Shown in pieces: positions 14,001 to 32,139 of a stretch of 64,000 nt of DNA. The position numbers and the translations under genes were made by a program. The number at the start of each line of letters is the position of its first letter. Position 1 is the first letter of the stretch. The stretch comes from Eledone cirrhosa (Eukaryota). A model generated the notes under the pieces. The model did no database searches and was not told where the DNA came from. It saw only the letters and a program-made list of their open reading frames with translations. The stretch lies in NCBI GenBank assembly GCA_964016885.1, contig OZ024741.1:43152001-43216000 (forward strand). The letters run 5' to 3'.

Positions 14001-16950
14001 CTCTGTAGGCTTTTCGCGCCGGGAAAGACGCGTTCAGCTTCCAGTAACCAGGCCCTTGTCTATGAAGTCTGTCTATGTCGATCTCACAGATCACAAATTT
14101 GTGGTCCGTGTATTCGACAATTTTAAATTGTGGACAACTTATACTAGCGTTATCTAGTTCTCTGCAGAATGTCCTATCGAGATACGATCTGGATGACCCG
14201 ATGCGGTTTGTCCATGTCCACATTGGCACATTCAGGTGATCCAGTCGATACCTGTCAGACAGTTCAAAACGTCTGAGCAGGTTGGTGAGGTTCTTGCACC
14301 CTCCGCCCCTATCCACTCGGCTCACACAATCCCAGCGTGCATCCAAGATACCGTTCCAGTCGCCCACTAACACTAAATAGCTGGACGTTCCAAGAAAGAT
14401 ATGTAGACGTCTGAAGAAATCTGGCCGTCCTGCCCCTCTTGTGGCGTAGACGGCTACTAGCCTGAAAGCATTGCCTTCGCTACCGGTCACGTCCAGCACC
14501 ACCTACTTACCTTCTGGGTCTAGGAAGATGGCCCGTATGGCGAGAGCCAAGGCTCTCCGAAAAAGGACGCCCCCTCCCGATCCTGGACTGCTGGGTGATG
14601 CGGTTACATCGTAGCCACCGAAAGATCGGTGCGAAAGCTCGTGCTTCGGAGATTCTGGTCTCGCTGATGGCCACCACATCTATGTTTAGTTACCTGAGGT
14701 CGTTGAGCAGCTGACTCTGTTTCCAAGATGACTCCTAGTGTGGGGGTGCTGTGAATGTTTAGAGTATTGTATAGTCTTTTGCTGTGATGCTGGTGTTGTG
14801 TGGGATGTAGTGTAATAATTGGTTGTTCGAATTTAATGCTGTGTAGTGTGTATCGCTGTGTAGTTTGTTTCGCTCGTTGGTGATTTTTCTGGTGTTGGTG
14901 ATGGTGGTGTTGGGGTTAATGATGGTGATGCTGTTGGTGTTTGAGGTGATGGTGCTGGTGTGGCTGGTGACATAGCTGTCTTAACTTTTTTGTTAGTTTG
15001 TTTGTTTGATTCGCCCTGCATTTTGTTTTTGGAGGGCGAAGGAAGAGGAGTTTTTCTTTTTTGGTTTCTATCTTTTTTTTTCCAGATACAGTTTCCCACA
15101 ACTCCTCGTCGTCACAATATGTCTCCAGTTGTGAGAGGTCGGGAGTGGAAAATCCTCCAAAGGCGTTGCTTTTGGTTGTTGCGTGGTGGATGGTGGAGGC
15201 GCTAGTGCTAATTCTGGAGCGGTTGGCGGTGGTAGCGTTGGATATGCTACTGTTGCTGCTACAGTTGCTGGGGTTGTTGCTGCTACAGTTGTTGCTGTCA
15301 TTTCTGCTGCTAGTTTTGATTGTTGAGTGACTGGGGTGGCCAGCAGAGGTGGCCTCAACTCTTTAACCTGAGGGCTTCCTCCGCCACAAACAACACACCT
15401 TGGCATTCTACCCTCAACGATTACGGTGAGGTGGCTGCCGTCATTGAGGTCTATCACCTCTGGAATTTCCTGTATGTTTTTTGGGGTCCGTTTGGATCAG
15501 GACCTCCATCCCAGATCCGGACCAGCTCTCCTGCTTTACTTTTATCACCTCAATTACTTTAGTGTCGACCTCGATGTCGGCGAGGACGGCAGCCATTTGC
15601 TAGGGAATTTCAATGGCCGGCGGAACCTGGGTCACCCTGATCCTTACCAGCCTCTGACCACAATAGCTTCGGACAAGTGTGAACTCGTTACATTTTAATG
15701 AGGCCATGGAGTGCTCTATGGTTTCCTGCGGGGTACCAAAGAACACGTCGATGGTTCCATATTTTTGCCCACGTCTGATGTGGGTTTTTTAAGCCTCCAC
15801 ATGTCCCAAAGCTTTTTGTATCTGGGGCTCGGATACCCGTTCCACTCAGTGTATTTTAATGTTTATTGTGCGATACGACGCGGTGCATAGGCGCCGATGC
15901 TCCATGGTATTAGATGGGGGGGGGGGGCTGACCATGTAACCATACTTTCTTACCATTCGCTTGGCTCCATTAAATTCTTTCTGGCTAACTCAACCGTTTC
16001 ATTTTTTTTTGCCGCTTTAGCAAACGACACATTTGATTTTGCGCTGGTGTTGATGTTGTTATTCTTATTGTTGGTGTTGTTGTTGCTAAAAAAAATAAAT
16101 AATACTAATAATAAAGAAATAATAAAGAAAGCATTATTCTTAGTTTCGGGCGGTGAATTGGCAGTATTGGTAGAGGGTCGGATGCCATGCTTTGACGTAT
16201 AGAGTTACGCCCCTTCCCATTCTGAGTTCAAATCCCGCCGAGGTTAACTTTGCCTTTCATCCTTACGGGGTCGATAAAATAAAGTACCAGTAATACACTT
16301 GCTGGCCTTGTGCCAAAAGTAGAAACAATTATTATTTTTAGTTTCAGTTGTGGCGGTGTTGGTGGTGGTGTCTGTGGCGTTTGACGTGGAAGAGTCAATT
16401 TTTTGGAGAATCCATTTTGATATCACGAGATAATAATTTAATTTTTGTTTCAGTTGTTGCTGTAGTTGAGGTAGTGGTGGTTGTGGTGGTATCAGTGGTG
16501 TTGGTTGTTCATTTTGACATTGTGGTGGTGATTGTGGCGGTGATTGTGGCCGCTGTAGCCATTGGTAATGGCGGGAAATCAATGTCTGTATGTGACAAAT
16601 CTAAATAATTGCCACTGCTATTACTTATATTTTCAGTTTTGCCAACCATAGCAAGCTTTACAATGGTGGTGGTGGTGGGAGATGTTAGTCCGTTAGAAAA
16701 GCTATCAGAAGATTTTGGTAGCTGAATGCCGTCCATGTTTTTTTTTCAAAGAAATGTTTTGTTTGATAAATATAAAGTTTAAATTTTGGGCTCATGGCCC
16801 CAATATTATTGAGTGTCCTTTTCAGAAAGCAATATATGTGAACTTATAAACACTTAACAACAAACATTTTCCATAACTGTCAATTTGAAACAATTGAAAA
16901 CAACAAACCTTTGTGGAGCTCACGATAATACGATTTCCTACGTAGGTCGC
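11098..16950 (-). mobile_element. Tx1/L1-clade LINE copy 2, degenerate, with a deletion at the ORF1/ORF2 junction (~14737) and a SINE inserted in ORF1
   Basis: 3' end gatttctttattggccacaagggctgacatc is identical to copy 1. APE and RT ORFs at 13672-14502 and 12656-13030 (QSKAFDRVDH, QGCPLS, YADD). ORF1 remnants align with copy 1 (KTHIRRGQKYGTIDVFF vs KTHITRGRKYATVDVLF). (AAT)n at 16952; 5' boundary approximate. Confidence 0.88.
16149..16336 (+). mobile_element. tRNA-derived SINE, family A, full length with TSD
   Basis: A-box-like tggcagtattgg, B-box gagttcaaatccc, core gcctttcatccttacggggtcgataaaataaagtaccag, tail gaaacaattattatt. Imperfect TSD ttatt.ttagtttc on both sides; at least 8 copies in the window. 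Confidence 0.85.
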
Positions 16951-16951
16951 C

Positions 16952-17268
<317 letters not shown>

Positions 17269-18011
17269 TTTTGATTTTATGTAATATATACATAATAGAC
17301 TGATTTTTTCAACAGAATTTTTTTAGCTTAATATACTTTCTCCAAAATATATTGTTAAAACATATGGCTGCATTATATATAATATTCTATACACTACTCA
17401 TGACACAACGACGTATTACAGTGACGTTGTCTTTAAGTATATAACATACAGTTTTATTGATTCAATATCGACTAGGTTCAATATAAATTAGATACACATT
17501 ATATTTGTCTGTCTGCAATAAGTTGGTACAAATCAAACATATACAAGAATTAGGTAACAGTAATTGAGAGAGAATATACGTAAAAATATGAAAGACCATA
17601 AGGATACACATACAATGCTGTAGCATTTAAATTCTGCTAACGGAATGCTAAGATATTTTACTTAAGGTAATACAAACGCAATGTCCTGTGCTTAACTTTT
17701 CTTTCAGAATAATCTTGTTGAACGAACACAATAATACGTTATCAAAAACATTATGACTATATTTGATGTAGTAAAAAGAATCAAACTTAAGCATATAATG
17801 TAATATTCCTTTATTATATTTTTCTGCTTGTTTCCATCAATGCACTACGGTCATTGTGTAGTACCGCCTTGAATTCATGAATTAATGTAATGTAGTCGAC
17901 CATATTGAAAAGCTGTTTTTATATTTTTTAGTCTGATAGTTATTTTATCGAACGATTTTTATAGATCAGCTAACTTAGCGGAAAACAAAATGTAAACGTA
18001 AACACCGCCTC

Positions 18012-18190
<179 letters not shown>

Positions 18191-18494
18191 ATAGAACAAT
18201 ATAAAACAGAAACCAGGAGTAGGTAGATAGTTAGTTCTACCTATCTACACACGCCTGACTTCTATTTCTTATTGTTCTATCCACAAACACGTATATGTAA
18301 AAGACTCTGTAGCCTGAACGGACTTTCTTCGAGTACATCTAAAACGGTGATCACCTACCACAACAACTAATGCTCACACTGCCGAATTTCGCTGCATCCA
18401 TCCTTCCAAGAACACATTGAGTTCTAACGACGTTATCAGCCCTACCATAACCAGGTGGATTACGATATATATACACGACGGGAATCCACATAGT

Positions 18495-18632
18495 TTATGA
18501 AATTTCCCTCACAAAGTATTGCTCAACCCAACGATATAGTAGAAGACACTTGTTCAATATTCCACGTAGTGTGACTGAACACAATTCCATATGGTTGCCA
18601 AGCAGATTCCTTAACCACGCAGCCATATCTGA
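18495..18632 (-). mobile_element. Degenerate tRNA-derived SINE head
   Basis: Reverse complement tggctgcgtggttaagg..gttcagtcacactacgtgg..ttgaacaagtgtcttctactata: A/B-box-like head and CORE-like segment. Confidence 0.55.
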
Positions 18633-18709
18633 ACCCCTAGTAACGATACAAGTCAAATTAGAATAAGTCGTACTGCAAATCATATGAAATATCGCGTAGT
18701 TCGTATGCT

Positions 18710-18890
18710 ATCTATATCTTGCTAAATGTCTGTGATTGCTTGCTTGTTTGCCTGTCTGTAATGTAATACAGTCAAAAGGGCGCATAATGAGAAAATACTT
18801 TGAAAGGAAGTTGCCCCCTAAATGGGAATACTAATGGAATAAAACAAGTTTCGCGTAAATCGAAGGACGGGTTCCCAATATTTTATATCT
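18710..18890 (+). mobile_element. 5' fragment of a putative non-autonomous Helitron family (other copies at 34.3-36.2 kb)
   Basis: Begins A|TCTATATC; shares gtaatgtaatacagtcaaaa..aaaacaagtttcgcgtaaatc..cgggttccc with 35161-35280. Confidence 0.55.
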
Positions 18891-19917
18891 TACTTTGGAT
18901 GAGGGCTAAATAATTTATAAGGATGGTGTAAAGAAGATTCTTCTGCAAAGTAATACGATAAATCCATTAGAGGACGACTTAAAATGATATACTACTGCTA
19001 AACATGAAACCCGAATACAGAGATTCTAAAACTAAATATTGCCAAGTAATATACAACTTTATTGCATAAAGGTACCATCATGGTTCTAAGACATCACCGA
19101 GATGAAACAGAAGCAAAATATTAATTCATACTCAATAAATATATAGATAGAACAAAACCCTGTAATTTACGTATTTAATTTGATGCGCAACCATTCCTGT
19201 TACTCTAAATAGTTGAAGAGTAAATAAAAGGAAAACATTATTTTAGCAATAAATTTCACAATTTATTTACAAGAGAATTCTAAAATTTTAGTTTAATTAT
19301 TTATATAAAATATTAGAGATTTTTCACTCAAATTTTATGATAGTTTTGTGAGGTTTAGCTACCGCATTTAGAAAGCTATTTAGTGTGTTGTATAATTCTC
19401 ACTGGAATGAATTGACGTAAATTAAACCTTAAATATTTCAATGGTATCTTATATTTTACAAGCCTTTTCACATTTCTAAATATAGAAGCTGTGGAATTGG
19501 AAATGCGTGTTGTACTGGGTTAATTTGATCACCACATCTTAGTTGCTAAAATGGAACCAGCCGCTTGACAGCTCAGACGCACTATTCTAGGATATCCTTC
19601 TTTTTAAAATTTCTGAATCTATTTGCTGATTACAATTTCTAGCTAAATATTTTCCGGTAACAGCAGACGGAATCTGAACTCAAAGAGCTAGAATAGATTG
19701 AAGAAACAGACACAACATCCTACTCTTTAACATGTCTGGCAATCAACCGCTTCTGAGCTGGTAACTTATTTATCGACACCAAAATGTTGAAATACGCAGT
19801 TGACTTATGCAGGATTTAAAAAAATAGTATACAAAGAGGAAAATACCAAACTATATTTGTTTCCGATGCTCTAACAACTCTACTTATTCTCCACTTTTAG
19901 AGTTATATGTTTGTCAG

Positions 19918-20106
19918 GATTGGCGTTTCCAAGAGTTGGAATAAACTGGCATCCATTCAATCGACTATATTCTTTGCCAACACATTTGCGGCATTGTGAA
20001 GTTGATTACCACGAATCTACAGACAATTGTAATGATGATTCTAAGAATCACAAACGAAAACGAAACTCAATGAAGTTTTACACAAAAAAACTATTTAAGA
20101 AACTTG
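19918..20106 (+). CDS. Possible internal coding exon of an unidentified host gene
   Basis: tttgtcag|G acceptor (alternative at 19900 with a pyrimidine tract and upstream ctaac). Open 189-nt frame LAFPRVGINWHPFNRLYSLPTHLRHCEVDY..KKL, G|gtaag donor, phase 1-1. Not repetitive; no recognised homology. Confidence 0.3.
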
Positions 20107-20755
20107 GTAAGGTATTTGTTATGAAGGTTTGATAACAGCGATAAGTATAATAATCTTGATCATAGCAATGATGACTGTATTCAAAGTGGAGAATGTAAAT
20201 GGTTGTCGTTGGTAGTGTTGGCGTTACTGGTGGAAGCTGAACATGTCTGGTAATGTTTGTCATACTGATAATGACGATACAGATTACGTACGACCACAAC
20301 GTTAAACAAAGAAGAAGACATTGGCAGCAGAAATAATATCAAAAGAAATCAAAATACTTCCAGTCAAAAGCAGATAAGAATGCTGCATCTCCTCGATAAT
20401 TGATTCTCGGTTTTCTGAGAAATGTTAAACGCCTGCGTAATCTAGTATGACATCAATAAACAACAACGGTGAGCATTACCAAATTATTACGGTCTAACAG
20501 CTTTAGATCACATCAAATAATTACCATGCCTTTGAAGTGAAGAAGATCAAGATGTTTTAATACTATTGGTCAGAGAACAAATAATAATTCTTGGCGAGAT
20601 AGTCTCGACTGGACAAGGTACTAAAAATAAAACTGAACTATTATATAGGTTCAGATCAATTCTTAGCAATGTAGCAAAGCAGAAAAGTAGGTAGTGAATA
20701 AAGCTTTACAACAAACTCTTCAAAATATATATGCATATACATATTAATATATGTG

Positions 20756-20870
<115 letters not shown>

Positions 20871-20889
20871 ATATATAAGTGTATATGTA

Positions 20890-21509
20890 GATATTGTTAT
20901 ACATTGGGAGGGTCATATTGGCAATAAAATCACACGCACCTGTCGGATTCACTTCAATTGATTATAAATTTCCGGTTGGCTGGTTGTTTTGTTCGATAAC
21001 TTGATGGTTGTTTATATATTGTCAAAGCTCTTTCATCACACATTCTGTGACCTCCTCGGTGACTAGGCTTTTATTTTTTGTGTCTCTCCTCTATTCTGTC
21101 TTACACAATCTTGCTTTTATGTGTTGTGTGATGTGTGCTTATTTTACGCATGCGTTACATCCGTGTGTGTGTGTGTGTATTTATTTGTTTGTTTATTTAT
21201 ATATTTATGTGTACATTTACTTGTCACTTGTTGCTTGTTTGCTGTATCCGTGTGTGTCTGATTTGTTTTGTTAGTTTGGGCTTTGTGTGTCTGTATGTCT
21301 TCATTTTCTATTTAATTACTAGTCGTGATGTTGCTATTTCACTCAAGTATTTTGTTTAATTTTGGTTGGAGTTCGTTTATGTTTGTCGCTTCTGTAATTC
21401 GTCTGAGCATTGCAGCTTTCTCCTCTTTCAGTGTGTGTGTTTGTCTGAGGTTACGTGTGTGTCCTATTATATATATGTGTGCATGTGCATGTATGCATAT
21501 ATATATAAA

Positions 21510-21587
<78 letters not shown>

Positions 21588-23390
21588 ATGCTTTGGGAGG
21601 GTCATGTTGCCAATAATAAATACACGCACCAGCTGCATTCAATCCAATTTATTATAAATTAAATTTATAAATTTAAGAATTTATAAATTTCCGGTTGGTT
21701 GGTTCCATAACCGGACGGTTGTTCATATATTGTCAAAGTTCTTTCGTCACACATTCAGTGACTGGGATTCTTTTCTTTGTTTTTGTGCTTCTCCTTTGTT
21801 CTGTCCTACGCCATCTTGTTTTTGTGTGTGTTGTGTGTTTAGTTTTCGCATGTGTTACATCCGGGTGTCTGTGTGTGTTTATATTTGTTTATTTATTTGT
21901 TTTTTTACATGTTACTGGTTGATTGTTTGTTCTATGTGTGTGTGTGTTTTCATTTTGTCCTTAATTGTAAGTTGTGATGTTGCTATTCCATTCATGTTTT
22001 CTATTTAATTTTGGTTGGAGTTCATTTATGTTTATCGCCTCTGTGATTTATCTAAACATTGCGTGTGTAGATTCTATTTTTATTTCTATGTTCTCTAATT
22101 TGCCCTTATGTTATATTTTAGCATGTTGGTGGAGGACAGATGATTCTTTTCTATCTTGAAGCTCTCGCCAGTGTTCATTTAACCGTCCTCCTATACTACC
22201 AGCTGTCTCACGTATTTACACTATATTCTTATCTCTACATTGTCCTTCAGTACATATTATGCTATATACTACATTTCTAGTTTTACAGTTAATATGGGGG
22301 CTTAGTTTACAGATTATACATTTCTCATCTATACAGGGAGTTCTTTGAAAAGGGTATGTATTGCTAATAAGTGTTTTTATAGAGACACCTGGTCTTTCTA
22401 CTATCTTAATATTAAGTTTATGTTTATCTAGGGCCCGTCTAAATTTGTAAGCTAATTCACCTCTAGGTGTTGCATTGATGAACATTACAATCTGGTATTT
22501 ATTGCTATCATACCATGAGTTCATTCTATTAACCTTATTCTTAGTTCTTTCTATTCTATTCCAAAATGTGCTCCTATACAAGGGGCAGGTCTCATTTGTA
22601 TCATTATTTACCATTTTTTCCCATTTGGTTCTGGCTCCTCTATATACTCTGATTTTATCTCTCTGATTGTAGCCAGAGAACTGCATACGGCGGATAAAGT
22701 GTTGTATGTGTCTCTCTAGTTCTTTGGGGTTGAACATGCGGTACACGTTTCTCATCACCCGTACCAAATCCGCAATCACTACGTTGATTTTGGTGTGATC
22801 CGAAACAGCTGAGTTTCGGTGGATCAGATATTTGGAAGTCATGGGTTTGGCATAATGGGAATGGAGGATTTGTTTTTTTTTATTAATGGTTTCTAACCAG
22901 AGCTCTATGTCTAGGACATGTAATCGATGGTTGGGGTGTTTGCTTGGGTAGTCTATAGTAAATCTAATTCTCTGGTGGATGGAGTTAGCTATTTGCTGGA
23001 TGCTTTCCATGGTGCTTTTCTCTAATTCCTGACTGTTCTCTAGTGGGGGTGTTTTTACTACGATGTTTATCTACGATGTTTACTACGATAATCATCAACG
23101 TAGCGGGAGTGCATTATCAGGGTTAAGAGGTTGCTGTCTTCTAATTGTTCTTTAAGTTTAAGTTTAAATCTATTGTCCCACCATACCATGAATAGGTTAG
23201 CTATGTCACCTGCAATGCTAACACCAATGGTTGCTCTTGGGCATATGTTTTTCCATTAAACTTGAACATGTTCCTTAACGGTTAATTTTATACTGGCCCC
23301 CACCGCATGTGCAATCATTTTCTTTAGTTCATCCTGGTTTTCGTCATCAGATAAAGAATCTTGCTAAACAAATTCAGAAACGAAATATAT
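20890..23390 (-). mobile_element. Penelope-like element, 5'-truncated: RT thumb and GIY-YIG remnant (~22100-23340) with two tandem pLTR/3' UTR copies (21585-22060, 20890-21415)
   Basis: Minus ORF 22216-23010 has IRFTIDYP..LHVLDI..HYAKPMTS..HRNSA, CIDEKCIICK and NVVYSIIC, continuing *IRETAGSIGGRLNEH (GIY-YIG). The YVDD-like motif near 23100 is decayed. The repeats are separated by (TA)n. Confidence 0.85.
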
Positions 23391-23486
23391 ATATACGTAG
23401 GTCCCGGGTTGAGTCGGGGATAACCACAGTAAGTAAGGTACTCAATACATGGCAGAGTAAAAAAATTTTTTTTATTTTATAGAAGG

Positions 23487-23537
23487 AGCTTCTACAGGAC
23501 GAGTACTGTTTCATTCAGATGAAATCTTCAGGAAGCT
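23487..23537 (-). ncRNA. Type I hammerhead ribozyme motif (family H1)
   Basis: Reverse complement AGCTTC CTGAAGA TTTCATCTGAAT GAAA CAG TACTCGTC CTG TA GAAGCT: 6-bp stem I, canonical core, GUA site. Confidence 0.85.
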
Positions 23538-24728
23538 GGGTGTCATATTAAGTTCTGGTATTTATACATTTAGGTAGTGGTAAGGGAGGGGTGGTGGATG
23601 GGGGGGGGGGGGAATGGTATTTAGATACACAGGACCACTTCATGGCACAGGCCGTTTTTTCTTTGGGGAGTGGTCAATTAGCCAGATCACCTACCTTACT
23701 ATAGCCCCACGCCCACCCAGGAAGAATAGGCGAAGGCACATTAGCTGGTACAACCCCCCCTTCAACCGAGAAGTTTCAACACCTGTAGCTAAAATTTTCT
23801 TCACTCTCTTACAAAAACACTTTCCCACCCAACATAGCTATTATACTATCCTTAATAAGAATACCATTAGACTCTCTTACTCTACTACACCTAATCTAGC
23901 TAGAAACTTAGCCAACAACAACTAAGAAGCTAAATAAGTCTACTTTTTCCGAAGCCCATCCAGCAACCGATAGCAACTGCAATTGCCATCATAAGACGAC
24001 CTGCCCTCTCAACAACAACTGTCTAAAAAAAGATCTCGTCTATATATGCGATGTACTCTCAGGCCCCGATGAAAAAAGAAACTCGTAGATCGGGATGACA
24101 TCTAATAGTTTTAAGACTCGCTGGTACACCCACACACATTCGTTCCGGCGCCCAGACAAATCTAACCAAACTACACTCGCCGCCCACATCTGGCACCTTA
24201 AAAGGAACTCCATCCCCTTCAAGACCCAATGGAGACTACTCCAGAGAGCGGCGATCATACACGGGAGGCCATAATTGCTGTGACCTCTGTATCTCCGAGA
24301 GCTATGAGATTCTATTCGCCAAAGGCCCTCTCCTCAACAAGATCTCGGAACACTCCTTTAATTGCATGCACAAGAACTATGCAAATTACAAAAACTACAG
24401 ACCCACCCGGCCCCTCAACTGACCCCCCCCCCATATCACCCCCTCACCCCCGCCCCCCATCCCATTCCCGTCCCTCGATCTCTCATTATTACCCTCTTTC
24501 CTCCCCTCTATCTCTCATTATTACCTTCTTTCCTCCCCTCCAGGTCTTATATATTGTGTTGTATGCCTCTGAGTAAAGTTCCGTGGCCGCACACACAAAT
24601 TCACGTATATACCTGCTCATGTTTGCATACGTGCAGTTTTGAACTGCAGCACGCACACGTTCGTGATTTATTTATCTATTTATCTGTATATTTATTTATT
24701 TATTTATTTATTTAGTTACTTTATTTAC

Positions 24729-24775
<47 letters not shown>

Positions 24776-25204
24776 CTTATTTACTGGTTTATTTGTTTAT
24801 CTGTTTGTTTGTTTGTTTGTTATTTAACTCATTCATTTATTTATTAATTTATGAGTGAATGATTAGGTAATGAATAGATAAAAGATAAAAGATAGGTAAC
24901 GAATAGTGAATGGTAAATAGTAAATAATAAATAGTAATGATGATAATATTAATAACTTAGTAGTGATATTAATTATTTTAATCCTCTATCAGGCCCAGTT
25001 TAAAATTTAAAATTTAAAATTTGTCCCACTACCATTATATTATAGACACATGTATGAGTTCGAACGAGTGCATGTTTGTGCATATGCGTTTATGTGTACA
25101 TATTTGTATGTATGTATGTGTATGTATGCGTGTGTGCTTGTACATGTGTATGTGTATGTATGCGTGTGTGCTTGTACATGTGTATGTGTGTGTATGTATA
25201 TAGG

Positions 25205-25380
25205 TATATATATATATATATATATAAAAATCGGACCGAGGGAACAGTGTTTCCGTTGGTCTTTCCAATTGCTAATACTATCTATCGGTCGCAACTCCAG
25301 GTAGAAGGAGCAACGTGAAATAAAATGTCTTGCTCAAGGACATAACGCATCGCCTGGTCCAGGAATCGAACTCACAACCT
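25205..25380 (-). mobile_element. CORE-type tRNA-derived SINE (family B), 5'-truncated
   Basis: Reverse complement gagttcgattcc B-box and gttatgtccttgagcaagacattttatttcacgttg; matches 32140-32355. Confidence 0.75.
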
Positions 25381-25409
25381 TATATATATATATATATATA
25401 TATATAGAG

Positions 25410-25455
<46 letters not shown>

Positions 25456-25456
<1 letters not shown>

Positions 25457-25560
25457 CCCGCCGAGGTTGACTTTGCCTTTCATCCTTACGGGGTCGATAA
25501 AATAAAGTACCAGTGAGGCACTGGATAGTTGCTGGCCTTGTGCCTAAAGTAGAAACAATT
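25456..25560 (+). mobile_element. SINE family A, 5'-truncated
   Basis: Matches 16233-16330. Confidence 0.85.
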
Positions 25561-25958
25561 ATATATGTATGTGTGTGTGTATGTGTATATATGTATATAT
25601 ATGTGTGAATGTATGTGTTTGGTTGTGTGTGTGAGTATGTATGTGTATGTATGTGTGTGCATATGTATGTATGTGTATGTATAGTATAGTTTATACCGAG
25701 AGACATACGTACATGTGGGTGTGTATATATATATATATATATGTGTGTATACATATATATATATATATATGTGTATGTGGATGCGCACGTGTGTATGTGT
25801 AGATATATATATGTGTGTGTATGTGTATGCGTGTGTGTGTGTGTATTTGTGTGTTTGTGTTTTTCTTGTGTATATATGTATATATGTGTATGTATGTATG
25901 TGTGTGTGTGGGTATATGTATGTGTGTGTATGTTTATGTGTATACGCACACACAAATA

Positions 25959-25995
<37 letters not shown>

Positions 25996-26048
25996 GTTTG
26001 AATGTGTAGGTGGGCACACACATATATGTTTATATATATATATATATG

Positions 26049-26148
<100 letters not shown>

Positions 26149-26641
26149 TATATATGTGTGTGTAAGTGTTTTCGTATGTGGTTGTGAGTATGTAAATATA
26201 TTTTATTCTTTCAATTCTACAAAAACACTCTGGCCACCTGTGGCTTGTATGTTAACTTGACCACTCACCTCAGTCTGTGCCATGATTCGGTCTTGTTAAA
26301 TGTTTAATTTCTATTACCAACCCACCTAAAAAGTTTCCCTACTATATATCTGTTGAATTACTATTCTTGGGGTTTTTATTTATTTATTTATTTTTATTTA
26401 TTTTCTTTCTTTATTTATTCTTTTATCTATTTATTCATTTATTTATTTATTTACTTATTTATTTATTTATTTCAAATAAGCACTCTGGCTAATTGACCAC
26501 TCCCCAAAGAAAAAACCGCCTGTGCCATGAAGTGGTCCTGTGTATCTAAATACCATCCCACCCCCAACTATCCCCCCCCCATCCACCCCCCTCCCTTACC
26601 ACTACCTAAATGTATAAATACCAGAACTTAATATGACACCC

Positions 26642-26692
26642 AGCTTCCTGAAGATTTCATCTGAATGAAACAGTACTAGTCCTGTAGAATCT
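26642..26692 (+). ncRNA. Type I hammerhead ribozyme motif (family H1, sense pLTR copy)
   Basis: AGCTTC CTGAAGA TTTCATCTGAAT GAAA CAG TACTAGTC CTG TA GAATCT; AATAAA about 10 nt downstream. Confidence 0.8.
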
Positions 26693-26728
26693 CCTTCTAT
26701 GAAATAAAAAAAAATATATATATATATT

Positions 26729-26811
<83 letters not shown>

Positions 26812-27229
26812 CTGATGGTAGCTATGATGCTTCCATAGCCGATATGCCGCTTGAACAATATATGTTCTTACAGAGCAGAGTGTGTAATAATGTAAACCGA
26901 AAAATCAGCGATGCATCTGAACTCAATTTATTGTGTGTTACAAATGTTTCGCCGGCAGACAGCTCGAGACACGATCATTGTATGGATTTGTCTGATTCTG
27001 GACCTGCAGGTTCCTTGGACACTTGCAATAATTTTGGATCAAATTTTCTCACAGGGGTGTTAGCATCAAAAAGCATCTTCCTCGCTTGTCCTGCTGTTGG
27101 CTGTTGTTTTTCTACGTCATCATGAATTCTGGCCAATAGTTGCTTTCACACTGGCCAGCAGCTATCACTCCGCCTGACACACTTCAATGAATCCATGCTG
27201 GGTTTGGTATTTCACAATTCCACTCGCGC

Positions 27230-30962
<3,733 letters not shown>

Positions 30963-31985
30963 ATATATATATATATATATATATACAGACACTCACATAC
31001 ACACGCACACAACCTTATAAATAACAACATACGCGTCCAGAGACGCGTCTGTGGACGCGTATGTTGTTATATATATGGTTGCGTGCTTGTGTGTGTGTGT
31101 ATGTGAGTGTGTGTATATATATGTATATGTGTGTGTGTGTGAGGGGGGCGAGGAGACTTGTGAAATACCAAACCCAGCACGGATTCATTATAGTGTGTCA
31201 GGCGGAGGGAGAGTTGATGGCCAGTGTGACAGCAACTATTGGCCAGAATTTATGATGACGTAGAAAAACAACAGCCAATAGTAGGTCAAGCGAGGAAGAT
31301 GCTTTTTGACGCTAACACCCCAGTGAGAAAATTAGATGCGAAATTATTGCAAGTGTCCGACGAACCTGAAGGTCCAGAATCAGACAGATAAATACAATGT
31401 CCCGAGCTGTCTGTCGGCGAAACAATTGTAAGACACAATAAATTGAGTTCAGATGCATCACTGATTTTTCGTTTTACATTATATATATATATATATATAT
31501 TTATATATGTGTGTGAGAAAACCCACAGATCCTCCATCTCAACTCTACTTTTGAAAACAGAATAACTGCGAGATCAGTAAAGGAACCAAATAAATATATA
31601 TATTTTTTTAAAAAATAAGACTCGTGTACGACACATCGGTTACTTTTAATTTTGTAAAAAAACCTCACTTTCTAATAATATATATATATCCATATCCAAA
31701 ATTAAGATAAATCAAAATGAATTTAATCTAAATCAAAATTATGGGTGTCATGCCAGAAAGGCCTGCGGCATATAACCCGCAAAATAAGCTCCAAGATTCT
31801 AATGAATAGGTCCGAGCATTTTATAACAACTAGAAATTGATTAATCATATTATAAGGTATATATTTTTGAAGTTCTAGCTAACTTTATTTAGTTACCTAC
31901 CTAGCTATGTGTGTAAGCACACTTGTAAAAATTATCTCCTGTGATTCTTCATGTGTTTATTTATATGTTAATCAATTTCTAGTTG

Positions 31986-32058
<73 letters not shown>

Positions 32059-32139
32059 TAGAATTGGAGCTCTGAAAGTGTATTGCAAAATACATTATAT
32101 ATACATCCATATATATATATATATTTATATATATAAAAA

